NCBI RefSeq assembly: GCF_009914755.1
Contig: NC_060941.1
DNA length: 64,000 bases
Strand: one strand, 5' to 3'
Source: the human T2T-CHM13v2.0 reference genome, Homo sapiens
Positions 14,781 to 29,350 of the stretch are shown in pieces; within the stretch, counting starts at the first letter, position 1, and the number at the start of each line of letters is the position of its first letter. Below the pieces are notes generated by a model that saw only the letters and a list, made by a program, of their open reading frames with translations, ran no database searches and was not told the DNA's origin. Position numbers and translations under genes: made by a program.

Positions 14781-15200
14781 AGCCTGCTGTTCCAGTGGGA
14801 GGGATTTAAGTGTAGGAGTTGAGCCCTCGGGGCGTAGAGATGCACCTGATATTCCTCCTGCCCGCAGCTACGATTCATGTGTTTGCACCCACCGAGCTGC
14901 TGCGGGCAGCCTCCCCAGCACTGGACCCAGCAAGCAAGTTATCTCGCCGACTCCCAGCGCTGTCTCCAGACTCAACTGTCTGTGAGTGCGGCGTCGGTGC
15001 TGCCTGGACGGCCATATGTCAGAGGGCTTTCGATGTGTCCGCAGTTAGAATAGAGATTACTATATTCATCAGAATCACACCCGATGAATATTTGGCGTCA
15101 TGATAAAGACATGTGAGACTTTCCTTTAGAACTTGAGCATGTGTACGCAGGAGGCAAACACTTGGATTGATTCTCAAGCGCGCATACCCTGGGAGGCACA
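14781..15200 (-). promoter_or_regulatory. Probable ZNF750 proximal promoter
   Basis: TATA-like CTTAAAT (minus, 14804-14810), local CpG enrichment, p53/p63-like half-sites (AAGCAAGTTA near 14932, AGACATGTGA near 15107, GAGCATGTGT near 15135). Confidence 0.5.
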
Positions 15201-15708
15201 GTATTCATGGCGTCCTTGCCATGAGGTCCAGTGAGGCCTTTGAGGATCTGTGGACCTTCCACCCTCTACCCTGCTCCTGAGAGTCTCTGTCCCTGGTCCT
15301 CCTCAGGAGCTGAGCCGGCAGGGAGGGAGCTTATCCCAGAGCCTGGCTGCAGGGACCTGCCGGAGCTTGCCCGACACCAGGCACCGCAAGAGCTGCGGAG
15401 CAGGGTGTGTGGGTGCGGGGGAGGGGGCCAGCTGTGCACTCCCGCAAACCACCCTCCCCCCACTTTAAATTGCAGAGGCACTTAACTTGGGGGCCAGTTT
15501 TTACCTCCACACCCCCCCACCAAAACTGCTTGCTTGCTTAATCGGAGGCCGCACCCCAGTTGTAGCGAAGGCTGGCATGTGGTGTCGGTTTGAGGACTGG
15601 GAAAGGAGGTGGGATGAGCTGGTGTCAGGCCCTTGGATGAGCCTGAGGCTGCAGGGCAGAGGCTGCAGGGCTGTGGCATAGGGACGAGCTGGCCAGGACA
15701 GACATACT

Positions 15709-15993
15709 GTTTTTTTTTTTTTTTTTTTTTTTTTTTGAGACAGAGTTTCACTGTTGCTGCCCAGGCTGGAGTGCAATGGCATGATCTTGGCTCACTGCGT
15801 TTCTCCTGCCTCAGCCTCCCGAGTAGCTGGGACTACAGGCGCCTGCCACCACGCCCGGCTAATTTTTTGTATTTTTAGTAGAGATGGGGTTTCACCGTGT
15901 TAGCCAGGATGGTCTTGATCTCCTGACCTTGTGATCCACCCACGTCGGCCTCCCAAAGTGCTTGGATTACAGGTGTGAGCCACTGCACCCGGT
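15709..15993 (-). mobile_element. Alu (AluY/Sc-like, internal deletion)
   Basis: Long poly-T plus Alu motifs. Confidence 0.85.
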
Positions 15994-16026
15994 CTGTTTT
16001 TTTGTTTTTGTTATTTTTTTCCTTAA

Positions 16027-16280
<254 letters not shown>

Positions 16281-16399
16281 AATACCTTAAAATTTTTTTT
16301 GGTGGCTTTTGTCCATTGAGACATCCATATACTTTATGAAGTCAAAAAGAGTTATGTAAGTCTTATGACAAAAAACAGCAGTTCCCTGTCCCTCTTACC

Positions 16400-16870
16400 T
16401 ATTCCTGGATAGCAAACTATCCCAAACTTAGTGGCTTAAAACAAGCACCGTTTTATTACGTCTTAGGATATATTGTGTCAGGAGTTTGTGGAGGGCCTGG
16501 CCGAGTGCTGCTTCTGTTTCATGGACACTGACTGAGGTGGCTCCGTGGGAGAAAGCTGGCAGGTGACTGGTCTGGAGGGTCCAGGACAGCTTTACTCACC
16601 TGCCTTCTGTCCTGGAGGGGCAGCTGGAATCCTGAGATCAGCTGGAACCTCATCCTCACTTAGTAGCACTTCAGAGGCCTCCCTAGCAGGGTGGTCAGCT
16701 GTATGATGGCTCAGGACTTCAAGAGAGCAAGGCGGAAGGTTCCAGTCCTCCAGAAGGCTGGGCCGCAGATTGTCAGGGTGTCCCTTCTGTCACCTTTCTC
16801 TGCTGAGGCAGCCTCGTGCTGCCCAGATGCAAGGCGGGAGCCGAGGGCTCCACCTCTCAGCGGCAGGAGT
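16400..16870. mobile_element. Old MaLR LTR remnant (MLT1-like)
   Basis: atagcaaactatcccaaacttagtggcttaaaacaa... is a typical MLT1 terminus. Confidence 0.55.
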
Positions 16871-17412
16871 GCCAGGTGTCTGCGCTACGACTCCCTCTGC
16901 CCGGAAGCCCCACCTTGGCCTTTCCTAAGCTGAGTGTTCTGACCCTTGCCATGGAGGGTCCAGTGAGGCCTTTGAGAATCTGTGTACCTTCCACCCTCTA
17001 CCCTGCTCCTGAGAGTCTCTGTCCCTGGTCCTCCTTGGGAGCTGAGACGGCAGGGAGGGAGCTTATCCCAGCGCCTGGCTGGGTGTTTACCTCCTCGATT
17101 CCAGCCTTACTGATCTGTTGGTGGTTCTGTGCCCTCTCTCCCCCTCTCTCCCTTCTCCACTCCTGGTCGAGGTGTTGTTTGGTGGCTTCCCTTCATGGAA
17201 GATGGGAATTTGCCTCTCTTTGCCCCTTCTGCCCCCATGTCTGCCTTCCCCGTCACCCAGGGGGTTTTGCCTGCCTCTCTCTTGCACTGGAAGGCCTGCT
17301 GCTCGGATCCCATGTCGTCTTTCTCTTGAGTTAATCATTTAGTTTGACATGAGGCACACACCTTTTATAGGCTCTTGAGAAAGTGCAAGAGAGATTTTTT
17401 TGGAGGTCTTGA

Positions 17413-17831
<419 letters not shown>

Positions 17832-18019
17832 GCAAGTGTTCTCTATTTTCTCTAGCTTCTAGTACTGTGGTTGAGAACCTTGATGCCATTCTGATTCCTG
17901 ATTCTTTCTCTCTTAACATTTTAGTGTGAAAATTTTCAAAATACAGACAAGTTGTAAGGATGCTCCAGTGAACTCTCATATGCCCAACGGTGGGGTTCTC
18001 CAGTTAACACAGCTGTCTG

Positions 18020-18392
18020 TGTTCCCTTCCCTTCCCCTCCCTGTCCAGCTTACTTACCCTTCCCTTCCCCTCCCCTCCCCTCCCCGTCCAGCTTACATAC
18101 CCTTCCCTTCCCCTCGCCGTCCAGCTTACTTATCATTCCCTTCCCCTCCCCGTCCAGCTTATATACCCTTCCTTTCCCCTCCCCATCCAGCTTACATACC
18201 CTTCCCTTCCCCTCCCCGTCCAGCTTACTTACCCTTCCCTTCCCCTCCCCGTCCAGCTTACTTACCCTTCCCTTCCCCTCACCATCCAGCTTACTTACCC
18301 TTCCCTTCCCCTCCCCGTCCAGCTTACTTACCCTTCCCTTCCCCTCCCCGTCCAGCTTACTTACCCTTCCCTTCCCCTCCCCATCCAGCTTA
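18020..18392. repeat. 33-bp pyrimidine-rich VNTR (about 11 copies)
   Basis: Unit ccagcttacttacccttcccttcccctccccgt. Confidence 0.92.
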
Positions 18393-18955
18393 ATCGTCTT
18401 GCTGCATTTCAGGTCAGTTGCAGACATCAGTATGCTTTGCCCCAAACACTTTTCAGGCATATTCTTATTAGTTTATGATTCTTCTTTCAAAGGTAAGGTT
18501 TACATTCAGTGAAGGGCACAGGTCTTAAGAGGATCATTTAACGAGTTTTGACAAATGTGTTCTCCCATTATGGCCCCAGAGAGTTCCGTCACAGCAGTGC
18601 CACCCTTCCCCACCCAGACCGTGGCAACTGCAGGCTGATACTTTTCCACCATGGATTAGTTTTATGTGTTGTAGAATTTTATGTCAGTAGTGATTCCTGA
18701 TTTTTATGGACAGCTGTTTCTCACCTGCAGGTTCTTTCCTTTATCCTCAGTAGTCTTAGTTTTCTTAACTTTATATTTCGACACTTCTGTTAAGTACTTG
18801 GTTTCTGATTTTGGTTTCCATGAGCTCTGTTTTGTTCTGAGTGTTCCTTTTGTAGCATCTCATTCTCATGCAGTACTTTCAGTAGCTTTTCTTATCTAAG
18901 GATTTTAGTGATAGCTTTCTTTTAGTGGGGAGTGGAGGAGTGGGGGTGGATGTTC

Positions 18956-18957
<2 letters not shown>

Positions 18958-19006
<49 letters not shown>
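18958..19006. repeat. (GT)n microsatellite, followed by a partial antisense Alu monomer to about 19125
   Basis: About 24 GT units. Confidence 0.95.
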
Positions 19007-19008
<2 letters not shown>

Positions 19009-19984
19009 AAAGACCTGGGGTCTTGCTGTGTTACCCAGGCTGGACTTGAACTCCGGGTCTCAAGTGCTTCTCCTGCCTCAGCCTCCCGGGTAGCTGGGAC
19101 TGCAGGAGCGCCATGCCATGCCTGGTGCCCTCCCTGCATCGTCAGTGTGGCTGCCTGCCTTCCAGGGCCTCTGCTGAGCACCTCGGAGAGTCAGCCCTGT
19201 CTCCTGCCCCAGTGCTCCTTGGGTTAGGCCTACCCTGCCCCTCCCCACAGAGTTCTCTGGTGCCACAGATCTGGAGCTTTTTAGGGACCTGTCCTGTGGA
19301 TCAGGGGGAGTCTGAGTTGCCTCCCTCCAGGGGAGGGCTGGGCTTCTTGGTCTGAGGCATTTCCTGCTGTCCCTGCACTTCCAGGCTCCTCCGTGGTCCT
19401 GGTGCTGCCTTCCCTGCCCTTCCTCTTCTACCCTGTAGCTTATTTCTTGAAAAAAGAAAATGGTCCGTTTCTGCTGTTTTTAGTGGGATTTTACCCGCTA
19501 TTTTTTACATGTTCAACCCCCTGTGTTACTCAGAATTCTTGCGATTAGGTTTTTGACCAAATCTTAGGAACCGTCATGGGGGTGGCAGCTGATGTTTCTT
19601 GCGTGTTGATGGTGTGGGGCACCGTGCCAGGTGCATCACCTGCACTGGTCCATTTACTCAGAAGCACCACGCACCTGGCCTGTGGAGTCCCCCCACCCAC
19701 AGGTCGGGAACGTGGCCGAGGTATCCAGCCCAGAGGGCGATGAGCAGAGTTACACCAGAGGTGGGGGGTGCTTCCCTGGGTGGGGAAGGAGGGGTACCTG
19801 GGGTGGTGGCTGCTCTTGGGGGTAAGCACCGGTGCCAGTGTGTGTTGGGGGGTGCCAGGGACCCAGGCAGGTGCTGGCGCCGCGGCCTCTGTGTCAGGGC
19901 CTCTTTCCCTAGGGGCACACAGGCTGGAAGTGCAGTCCTGGTTGAGCTTTCCTAGTTTCCAGGTCGGGGGTGAGGCACAGGACA

Positions 19985-20342
19985 TGGCCGGCTCGGTCCC
20001 TTCCTCTCCATCCTGTCCAGCTCAGCCCCTTCCTGTCCATCTTGTGCGGCCCAGCCCCTTCCTCTCCGTCCATCCTGTCCGGCCTGGCCCCTTCCTCTCT
20101 GTCCTGTCTGGCCTGGCCCCTTCCTCTCTGTCCATCCTGTCTGGCTCGGCCCCTTCCTCTCCGTCCTGTCCAGCTTGGCCCCTTCCTCTCCATCTTGTCC
20201 GGCCCGGCCCCTTCCTCTCCATCTTGTGTGGCCCGGCCCCTTCCTCTCCGTCTGTCCTGTCTGGCCTGGCCCCTTGCTCTCCCTCCGTCCTGTCCGGCTC
20301 AGCCCTTTCCTCTCCGTCCTGCCCAGCCCACCCCGGTCCCTT
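19985..20342. repeat. Degenerate 29-33 bp VNTR
   Basis: Unit ggccccttcctctccgtcc(atcc)tgtccggcct. Confidence 0.85.
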
Positions 20343-20864
20343 CCGCAGCAGCATCCTCTCCAGTGCACTGTGTGCTGGGACTCAAGTCTTGGCTCTTCCA
20401 TCTTCACCCTTTGTGACTTGGGGCAGCAATTGCTGACCTCCCTGGGCCTCGGTCTTCCTGTCCGTGAAAGGGACTTGTGAGCATCTCTCACAGAACACCT
20501 GTAATGAAGGAAGGGCGTCACATCTTGGATCTTCTTAAAATACAAGATTGTTTCTGTTTTAATCCTTTGTGTTCCTTGTGAGGTGCTGCATCCAGAGGAA
20601 AGGAGAAAGGAAATGAAAACTCTGCGGAAAATCCACAGGCCTGGCATCAGCCTCCCAGTCTGATTTTGACGCGGCTGTAGGGGAGACACAGCAACATTCT
20701 GTCCCCCGAGGGCACAGCTTCAGGAACGGCTCCGGGCCGGAGGGCACCTCTCGCCTGGCTGTGTTGTGTCTCAGGGCTCTGCGCTTCTAAAGGGACTCAG
20801 GCCAGTGGGCAGAACTGTGGGATGGGACTGGGAGGCTTAGGGGGTGAGGGTGTAAGCCCTGTGC

Positions 20865-21197
20865 CTCCCTCCACGTGCTGCGTCCGGCGTGCCACGTCCC
20901 CTCGTCCAGCCCTCTGCTGCCCCCTCCACGCGCTGCGTCCCCTGTGCCGTGTCCTCTCGTCCAGCCCTCTGCTGCCCCCTCCACGTGCTGCGTCCGGCAT
21001 GCCACGTCCCCTCGTCCAGCCCTCTGCTGCCCCCTCCACGCGCTGCGTCCTCTGTGCCGTGTCCTCTTGTCCAGCCCTCTGCTGCCCCCTCCACGCGCTG
21101 CGTCCTCTGTGCCGTGTCCTCTTGTCCAGCCCTCTGCTGCCCCCTCCATGCGCTGTGTCCCATGTGCCGTGTCCTCTCGTCCAGCCCTCTGCTGCCC
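20865..21197. repeat. About 55-bp GC-rich VNTR (about 6 copies)
   Basis: Unit gtccagccctctgctgccccctccacgcgctgcgtcc.ctgtgccgtgtcctctc. Confidence 0.9.
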
Positions 21198-21858
21198 GCT
21201 GCTCTCTTTGGGACTTCCATTGTTTCCCCTTCCCCTTCCTTTCCTGGTTTTCTTCCCTAGTGAGGTGCCCTTCCTGCTGCTGCAGGGCCCTGCTGTGGCC
21301 TCTGCCTTCCGTCCCTGGCGGTAGTGAGACTGGCTGAGACCCAGGGGAAGCTTGGAGACTGTCCTAGATTTCGGAGATGGTGGTACACAGGCTTGCTGGC
21401 TTGGGTTAGGGCTCTAGGCCCTGCCTTCGGGTTGTCTGGAAGCCGCCAGCCAGGCCTGGACACCTCTCTGCCCCCGTCACCTCGGAGCAGCAGCCCAGGA
21501 GCGGGTCACAGCCCTTCCCCTGTGTTACATGGTCACCTGCCTGAGAACCCCTGCAGGCCCCTGTGTTTTGGGAAGTTGATTTAACTGAACAGAGCGCAGC
21601 TGAGAAGGGGCGCCTCCCTCCCCACCCACCCTCATTGCCTGGGACCGCGTGTCCAGGAGCCGGGCCTCGGGTGTCTGGTCTCTGGGCCACACAGGCTAAC
21701 ATGGCCAAGCCCAGCTGCACCCCCGGGGTCCTCACCCGCCATGTGCCTGTGGTCGTGGCCAAGGTCTGGGCCCAACCTGCTCTGGGCGCTGTGGGCACCG
21801 CTCAGCCATTTTCTACAGGTGGCCGAGGAGACATTTGGTTTCTCATTAAAAAGAAACA

Positions 21859-22197
<339 letters not shown>

Positions 22198-22429
22198 TTA
22201 CTGACTGTGTCAGACAACTCAGCGATGCAGAGAAATGAAAGTGGAGTTGATTTGGCTCTTGTGGTGAGATACAGCCAAGGTGTATGAGAGAATTTGGGGA
22301 AAGCTTTCTTTCTGGACATTTGTTGACGTTGATGAGTAGTGGAGGGCTTTATTTGTAAGTTGAAGTCTGAGATTTGTCATGCCAATACCTAAATTTTAAT
22401 TTGTTTGTACAAATAACGCCACAATTTAA

Positions 22430-22718
22430 TTCTTTTTTCTTTTTGAGACAGAGTCTTGCTCTGTCACCCAGGCTGGAGTGCAGTAGTGCGATCTCCGCCT
22501 CCCGAGTTCAAGTCATTCTCCTGCCTCAGCCTCCCGAATAGCTGGGATCACAGTTGCGTGGTACCACGCCTGGCTAGTATTTTGTATTTTTAGTAGAGAT
22601 GGGGTTTCATCATGTTAGCCAGGATGGTCTCGATCTCCTGACCTCGTGATCCACCCTCCTCGGCCTCCCAAAGTGCTGGGATTACTGGGATTACAGGCGT
22701 GAGCCACCGGGCCGGGCC
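22430..22718 (-). mobile_element. Alu (AluY/Sc-like)
   Basis: Antisense dimer with a small deletion and a small duplication. Confidence 0.88.
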
Positions 22719-23594
22719 CACGATTTGAATTTTTATGGAACTGGGGCTAACTTAATTTTTTCAGACGAGTGGGAGTAGAGCAAACGGCCCCTGTCTGTTG
22801 CCCCTTTTTCCTACCAAGGCCCCTCCAGGCTGTCTCTTGCCTGGTGAGTGTGAGGAGATGGGTGGGCGCGGCCCTGTGGGATGGTGCTCTGTGGCAGGGC
22901 TGGCAGTTTCTGGGTGTGTGGCCTGTGGGTAGCCTTTGTACTGGGCGCACAGTCCCCGGCTCCTCCCTTCCAACACCTTCGCCCTGAGCGGCCTCGGAAA
23001 TGGGGCTTCTGGCGGCTCTGCAGGCACTGTCAGAGTCAGAGGGAGGGCGAGCGGCTTTTGGTTTCTGTTTAAACAGCGTCCTGTCGCTCCCTCCTCTCCT
23101 GTGCGGATTGGCGCTGCGGCTTCTGTGTTGAGAGGGAAACTTGAAACCCTGAGCTATGGCTTGTTTTGTCTTTGATTGGGAAACCCAATTCAGGTTTGTG
23201 AACTTGGGCCAAGTTTAAGAATTCCCACAGTTTTCTTCAGCTCCTCTCCTCCCTGAACCCCGACAGCGAGGTGTCTTACGCTTCGGCATTCTCACTCGCC
23301 TGACTCAGACTTGTTAGTTTTCCAGAGCAACTCATGTGGCCGCCGTCTAGGGAGTTTATTCAGAGGGTGCCTCTACATGCACAGCAGCCAGGTACAGAAG
23401 TCATGAGTTAAATCGCACAAGGACAAGTAAAATGAAAAAAATTAGCACTCAGATCTTCTTTTTTTTCATGCTACAAAATAACAGTGAAAAACCTAACGAT
23501 GAAAATAGATGCGAACAGACAAAAGGTCAATGGGCTTGATCCCTTCTCATCCTCTCTCCTGTGTCTCCTGGAGGCTTCTGCACCTCTGTGTCTT

Positions 23595-24505
23595 CCCCCG
23601 CTCTGCTGCGTCTTCTCCACCTCGATGTCCCCCTCTGCCTGCTGCGTCTTCTCCACCTCGATGTCCCCTCTGCCTGCTGCGTCTTCTCCACCTCGATGTC
23701 CCCCTCTGCCTGCTGCGTCTTCTCCACCTCGATGTCCCCCTCTGCCTGCTGTGTCTTCTCCACCTCGATGTCCCCCTCTGCCTGCTGTGTCTTCTCCACC
23801 TCGATGTCCCCCTCTGCCTGCTGCGTCTTCTCCACCTTGATGTCCCCCGCTCTGCCTGCTGTGTCTTCTCACCTCGATGTCCCCCTCTGCCTGCTGCGTC
23901 TTCTCCACCTCGATGTCCCCCTCTGCCTGCTGCGTCTTCTCCACCTCGATGTCCCCCTCTGCCTGCTGCGTCTTCTCCACCTCGATGTCCCCCTCTGCCT
24001 GCTGCGTCTTCTCCACCTCGATGTCCCCCTCTGCCTGCTGCGTCTTCTCCACCTCGATGTCCCCCTCTGTCTGCTGCGTCTTCTCCACCTCGATGTCCCC
24101 CTCTGCCTGCTGCGTCTTCTCCACCTCGATGTCCCCCTCTGTCTGCTGCGTCTTCTCCACCTCGATGTCCCCCTCTGCCTGCTGCGTCTTCTCACCTCGA
24201 TGTCCCCCTCTGCCTGCTGCGTCTTCTCCACCTCGATGTTCCCCTCTGCCTGCTGCGTCTTCTCCATCTCGATGTCCCCCTCTGCCTGCTGCGTCTTCTC
24301 ACCTCGATGTCCCCCTCTGCCTGCTGCGTCTTCTCCACCTCAATGTCCCCCGCTCTGCTGCGTCTTCTCCACCTCGATGTCCCCCTCTGCCTGCTGCGTC
24401 TTCTCCACCTCGATGTCCCCCGCTCTGCTGCGTCTTCTCCACCTCGATGTCCCCCTCTGCCTGCTGCGTCTTCTCCACCTCGATGTCCCCCTCTGTCTGC
24501 TGCGT
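23595..24505. repeat. 36-bp VNTR (about 25 copies)
   Basis: Unit ctctgcctgctgcgtcttctccacctcgatgtcccc, highly homogeneous. Confidence 0.95.
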
Positions 24506-25054
24506 CGGGGCTGCCTACCGGGCTTGGTCTTCAGGGCCACTGTTTCTCCTCAGCTAAGTCCTGAGAGTCACATTTCCATCCATTGCAGTGAAATCTTTTC
24601 CTTCAGGTATTTCCAGACCTTGGTTTTGGCCCCTTTTCATATCTTCCTTGTTTCCTCGCTGTGGTTTTCATTTCCCCTTTCGTCTCCTTAACCTGTTTTT
24701 TGATGGTGTCTTTTTAGGTTATCTCAAGTTCATTTCAAGCTCTGAAAGTAGGAAGTAAAGTAAGAACCGCGTGGCACTAGCAATCACTAGGCATTGTTCC
24801 AAGCACACGGATAAACTGAGAATCCTCGTGGTCGCCCCGGGGGTGGGACTGCCATTGTCCAGAGAGACCTGCTTTTGCCTGTGGTGCCACACGGGTCCCT
24901 CTCACAGGATGCGACCATGGTGGCTTTGCGTCATGTCACCTCAGCCAGGCAGGACCTTCTGCTGGAACCCCCTTCCCTGGTAGTCCTCGGAGAGGGCTGT
25001 GCACAATCTGGAGGCAGAAGCGAAGCAGTAGCCCCCGTGCGCGGCAGCTCTTGA

Positions 25055-25845
25055 GGCTGTGCTGCTGTTGGCTGTGCTGCTGTTGGCTGTGCTGTTGTTG
25101 GCTGTTTTGCTGTTGGCTGTGCTGTTGTTGCCTGTGCTGCTGTTGGCTGTGCTGCTGTTGGCTGTGCTGCTGTTGGCTGTGCTGCTGTTGGCTGTGCTGC
25201 TGTTGGCTGTGCTGCTGTTGGCTGTGCTGTGCTGCTGTTGGCTGTGCTGCTGTTGGCTGTGCTGCTGTTGGCTGTGTTGTTGTTGGCTGTGCTGTTGTTG
25301 GCTGTGCTGTTGTTGCCTGTGCTGCTGTTGGCTGTGCTGCTGTTGGCTGTGCTGCTGTTGGCTGTGCTGCTGTTGGCTGTGCTGTTGTTGCCTGTGCTGC
25401 TGTTGGCTGTGCTGCTGTTGGCTGTGCTGTTGTTGGCTGTGTTGTTGTTGGCTGTGCTGCTGTTGGCTGTGCTGTTGTTGGCTGTGCTCTTCTGCTGTTG
25501 GCTGTGCTGTTGTTGGCTGTGCTGTTGTTGGCTGTCCTGTTGTTGGCTGTCCTGTTGTTGGCTGTGCTGTTGTTGGCTGTGCTGTTGTTGGCTGTGCTGT
25601 TGGCTGTGCTGTTGTTGGCTGTGCTGTTTTGCTGTTGGCTGTGCTGTTGTTGGCTGTGCTGTTGTTGGCTGTGCTGTTTTGCTGTTGGCTGTGCTGTTGT
25701 TGGCTGTGCTGTTGTTAGCTGTGCTGTTGTTGGCTGTGCTGTTGTTGGCTGTGCTGCTGTTGGCTGTCCTGTTGTTGGCTGTGCTGTTGTTGGCTGTGCT
25801 GTTTTGCTGTTGGCTGTGCTGTTGTTGGCTGTGCTGTTGTTGGTT
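25055..25845. repeat. 15-bp VNTR (about 50 copies)
   Basis: Unit gctgtgctg(c/t)tgttg. Confidence 0.95.
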
Positions 25846-26542
25846 GTGTGTGCTGACCCCGGACCCCCTACAGTATGGCTGTGCATGGACTGGTGATTTG
25901 GCCCCCATGGCCTCATCAGCCCTGATCCATCCCTGCATTGAATTCGTATGGGGCTTGTGGTGAGTCTGGACTGACTCAGCTTTCTAAAAGCTGAAAAGCA
26001 AAAGTTAATAGGTCTGCAGAGATAAATGGACAGACCCGGTATCCTCCTGAGAGCTCAAAACACCTCCCAATTATTGATAACTAAATATGTAGTGGAGATA
26101 TAGATATGTATAAAACGCACATTACATACTGTGTGTGCACATACAATATTTCAACAGCAGAGGCGACTGGCATGATTCCATAATTGATACAGAACCGTGT
26201 AGCTAGCCGTTGGAGAATACACATTTGTAGGCACCTGAGGAACATTCACAGATATTACACAGCCAGGCCATAAAACAAGTCTCGAGACATTTCAGAGACT
26301 CACTGGCGGACAGATGGTATTCCATGCTCACAAAGTAATGAAATTAAAAACTGGATACAGAATAATAAAGGAAAGGTGATAATTTTTAGTTAGAAGATAT
26401 ACAAATGTGTAAATCACATGAGTCAAGTCTCAGGAGAAGTTTTAAAATAAAAAGTTAAAAAAGTTTAAAAATAAAAATAAACAGTCACAAAATTATTCTA
26501 TCTAAAATTTTGGGATGCAGCTAAGGAAACTTAAACCTTTAA

Positions 26543-26730
26543 ACAGGTGTGACGAAATTGTGGCCTGCAGGCCCAGTGGGGCCTCAGCCTGTTTCTGTAC
26601 AGCTTTGGAGCCAAGAAGGGTTTTCACATTTTAAAAATGTTATCAATGAGAATAAACACAACCAAGCAGAGTCTGCGATGTGGACTGCATGTGGCCCACA
26701 GGGCCCGAGGTTCTCTCTGGCCCTGGCAGG
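26543..26730 (+). mobile_element. MER58-like hAT/Charlie DNA transposon remnant inside an old L1 remnant (about 26050-27100)
   Basis: caggtgtgacgaaattgtggcctgcaggcc...gcctgtttctgtacag...aagaagggttttcacattttaaa resembles MER58. Confidence 0.5.
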
Positions 26731-27539
26731 AATCACTTGGTGACTCGGCCTCAGACACGTGTACAGAAAAGGAGAAAGGTTCACTCTGCACAGGGCGGGT
26801 GGGAAGAGGGCAGTGAGCAGAACCCTAGAAATGAAGGAGGTGGAAGACAAAGATGAGAGAGGACACACACAGCCAAACGCAGCTCTTCGAGAGGGCTGAT
26901 GGGACCAATAAACGCGTGGCCGACGGGCAGAAAGCAGGAGCCTTACACACGGAAGGGAGCCCTCGTGCAGCCACCGTGGAGATGGAAAATGGCATGTTAA
27001 GAATATCTTTTGCCAGGAAATTTGGTAGCTTAGGCAAAATAGACGTTCCGAGAGAAATGTAATTTATCAAAGTTGACCCAGGTGGGAATAGAAAAGTGAC
27101 TCCTCACTGCTTCAGCGCATCTGCTTGTAAGCGGGAACGATTACTGTTGACCCCATAGGATTTTTAATGATTTTGTTGAGACGCAATTCACATGCCATTC
27201 AGTTCTGTCATTAAGTGTACAGTTCAGTGGCTTGTAACGCATTTGCAGAGTTTTGCAGCCATCGCCACAGTCAGTTGTAGAACATTTTACCCCACGCTCC
27301 TTCGCTGTCATCCCCAACCCCCCCGACAGATGGATAAACCCCCCCTCCTAGACACCACAGATGGGTTCTCTGTGTCTACCCATTCTGGACATTTCCTGTG
27401 AATGGAACCGTGCCCCCTGTGGTCCTCTGTGGTGGCTCCTTGCCCCGAGCGTGGCGTTGGCGTGGTCCGTGGGCGATGCAGCCCCCAGCAGTGCTCCTTT
27501 TCTTTTCCTTGTTGAAGCCTGTTCCATCGTGTGGCATCT

Positions 27540-27916
27540 TAGTCAGCTCAGGCTGTGGAAACAAGTCACCACAGATGGGGGCTCAAGCAGCACAAATGTA
27601 TCCCTCACAGTTCTGGAGGCTGGGTGTCCAAGGTCGAGGTGCCAGCAGGCTCGGCAGCAGGCTCGGTTTCTTCCGGGTTTTCCTGGGCCTGCAGGCGCTG
27701 CCTTCCTGCTGCGTGCTCGCCGTTCGGTCTGTGTCTTGGTGTCCTTGTTTCCTCTTCTTAGGCGGACACTGGTCATAGCAGATCCGGGCCCCACTTGCGT
27801 GGCCTCATTTTACCTTACGCATCTCTAAGGGCCACATCTCCAGATACAGGCACTCGGGGGCACTGGGGTTAAGACTTCAGTATGTGGATTTCAGGGAGAC
27901 AGAATTCAGCCCACGA
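27540..27916. mobile_element. MLT1-like LTR inserted in an old L1 3' fragment (about 27165-28040)
   Basis: ttagtcagctcaggctg...ctcacagttctggaggctggg...aattcagcccac is a typical MLT1 layout. Confidence 0.6.
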
Positions 27917-28251
27917 CGTACATGGAGGCCGCATTTTATTTATCCATCTGTCAGTTGGTAGACGTTTGGGTTGTTTCCCACTGTAGGCTGCTGTGAATAA
28001 AGCATTCGTGTGTGAGTTTTTGTGTGGATGTGGTTTTTGTCTTGGGTATAGGCCTGGGCTTGGAGCATAGGACTGTTCGGAAAGTTAAGGGAATGAACGT
28101 ATTCAGAGCTCAGAACCGTGTCTGGCTTGCGATGCGTTCTGTTTTGAGGTTAGTGATGATGATGGAGAGCGGCTCCCGAGGACGAGAGCTCGTGATGGAG
28201 AGTGCCTCTTTATGCCCGATGTGAATGTGGCTACTCAGCTTTCTCTCTCTC

Positions 28252-28570
28252 TTTTTTTTTAAATTAATTTATTTTGTCGAGACAGGTTCTTGCTCTGTTG
28301 CCCAGGCTGGAGTGCAGTGGTGTGATCATAGCTCACTGCATCCTTGACCTCTTGGGCGCAAGTGATCCTCTGACCTCAGCCTCCTGAGTAGCTGGAACCA
28401 CAGGCATGTGCCACCACGCCCAGCTAATTGTCGTATTTTTTTTCTTTTTCTTTTTTTGTAAGGGTAGGGTTTTGCCATGTAGCTGGTCTCAAAGTCCTGG
28501 GCTTAAGCAGTCCACCTGTCTCAGCTTCCTAAGGTGCTGGGATTACAGGCTTGAGCCACTGCATCCAGCA
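28252..28570 (-). mobile_element. Alu (AluJ-like)
   Basis: Antisense dimer. Confidence 0.85.
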
Positions 28571-28587
28571 ACACCCCCCCTCCTTTT

Positions 28588-28885
28588 TTTTTTCTGTTTT
28601 TGAGTCAGGGTCTTGCTCTGTTGCCCAGGCTGGAGTGCAGTGGCTCACTCACGGCTCACTGTAGCTTTGAACTCATGGGCTAGATCCATCCCCCGACCTC
28701 AGCCTCACAAGTAGCTGAGACTACAGGTGTTTGCCAGCACACCCAGCTCATTTTTTCTTTTTTTTTTTGTAGAGACGGTCTCACCATCTAGCCCAGGTTG
28801 GTCTTGAACTCCTCGCCTCAAATGATCCTCTCATCTTGGCCTCCCAAAGTATTGCGATTACAGGCATGAGCCACTGTTAATGGCC
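28588..28885 (-). mobile_element. Alu (AluJ-like); its left arm is the donor for the copies at 31.2 and 31.5 kb
   Basis: Antisense dimer with private variants (ccatctagccc, tctcatcttgg). Confidence 0.85.
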
Positions 28886-29350
28886 CCAGCTTTCTTTGGG
28901 TTCGTGTTTTCTCAGTGTATTCTTTTCTGTCTTTTAATTTTTTTATATTCTTGCATTTTAGATGTATGTTGAGTAAAAATCTACCGTATGTGATTTTAAG
29001 CTGGTGAGTTTAGTCCATTTACTTTACTGACATGTTTGGGTGTCTTTGTCTTATTATATGAATTTTGCTTTTTCAGATTTTTTTTTGTTTTTAAAAGTTG
29101 TGGTTCCTATTGGGCCCCCAACCCAGTCCCATTCCACATCTTCTTCCTTGTTGGTTTGGAATCATCTATTCTGTTTCCTGTGTTTCTTCAGGGGTCGTAT
29201 TCAGCTTGTACCACGAATATTCAGAGCCAACAGCCAGCTTCTTAGCCTACCCTCCAAGTAACACACAGCACACCCTGACCTCGATCACTTTCCATCTGAC
29301 ATATTTGACATTGTTGAGTTTTTAGTTCTTCTTGTTTAACATTAGACATT

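Noticed and set aside
23471-24691. Long ORFs (226-376 aa) in several frames, e.g. (EVEKTQQAEGDI)n
   Set aside because: Produced by a stop-free 36-bp VNTR; open in multiple frames on both strands, with frame-shifting unit variants and no splice or promoter support
24931-25963. ORFs resembling mucin/antifreeze (TAQPTAA), Cys-rich keratin-associated or poly-Leu proteins
   Set aside because: Translations of a 15-bp VNTR; the similarity is compositional only
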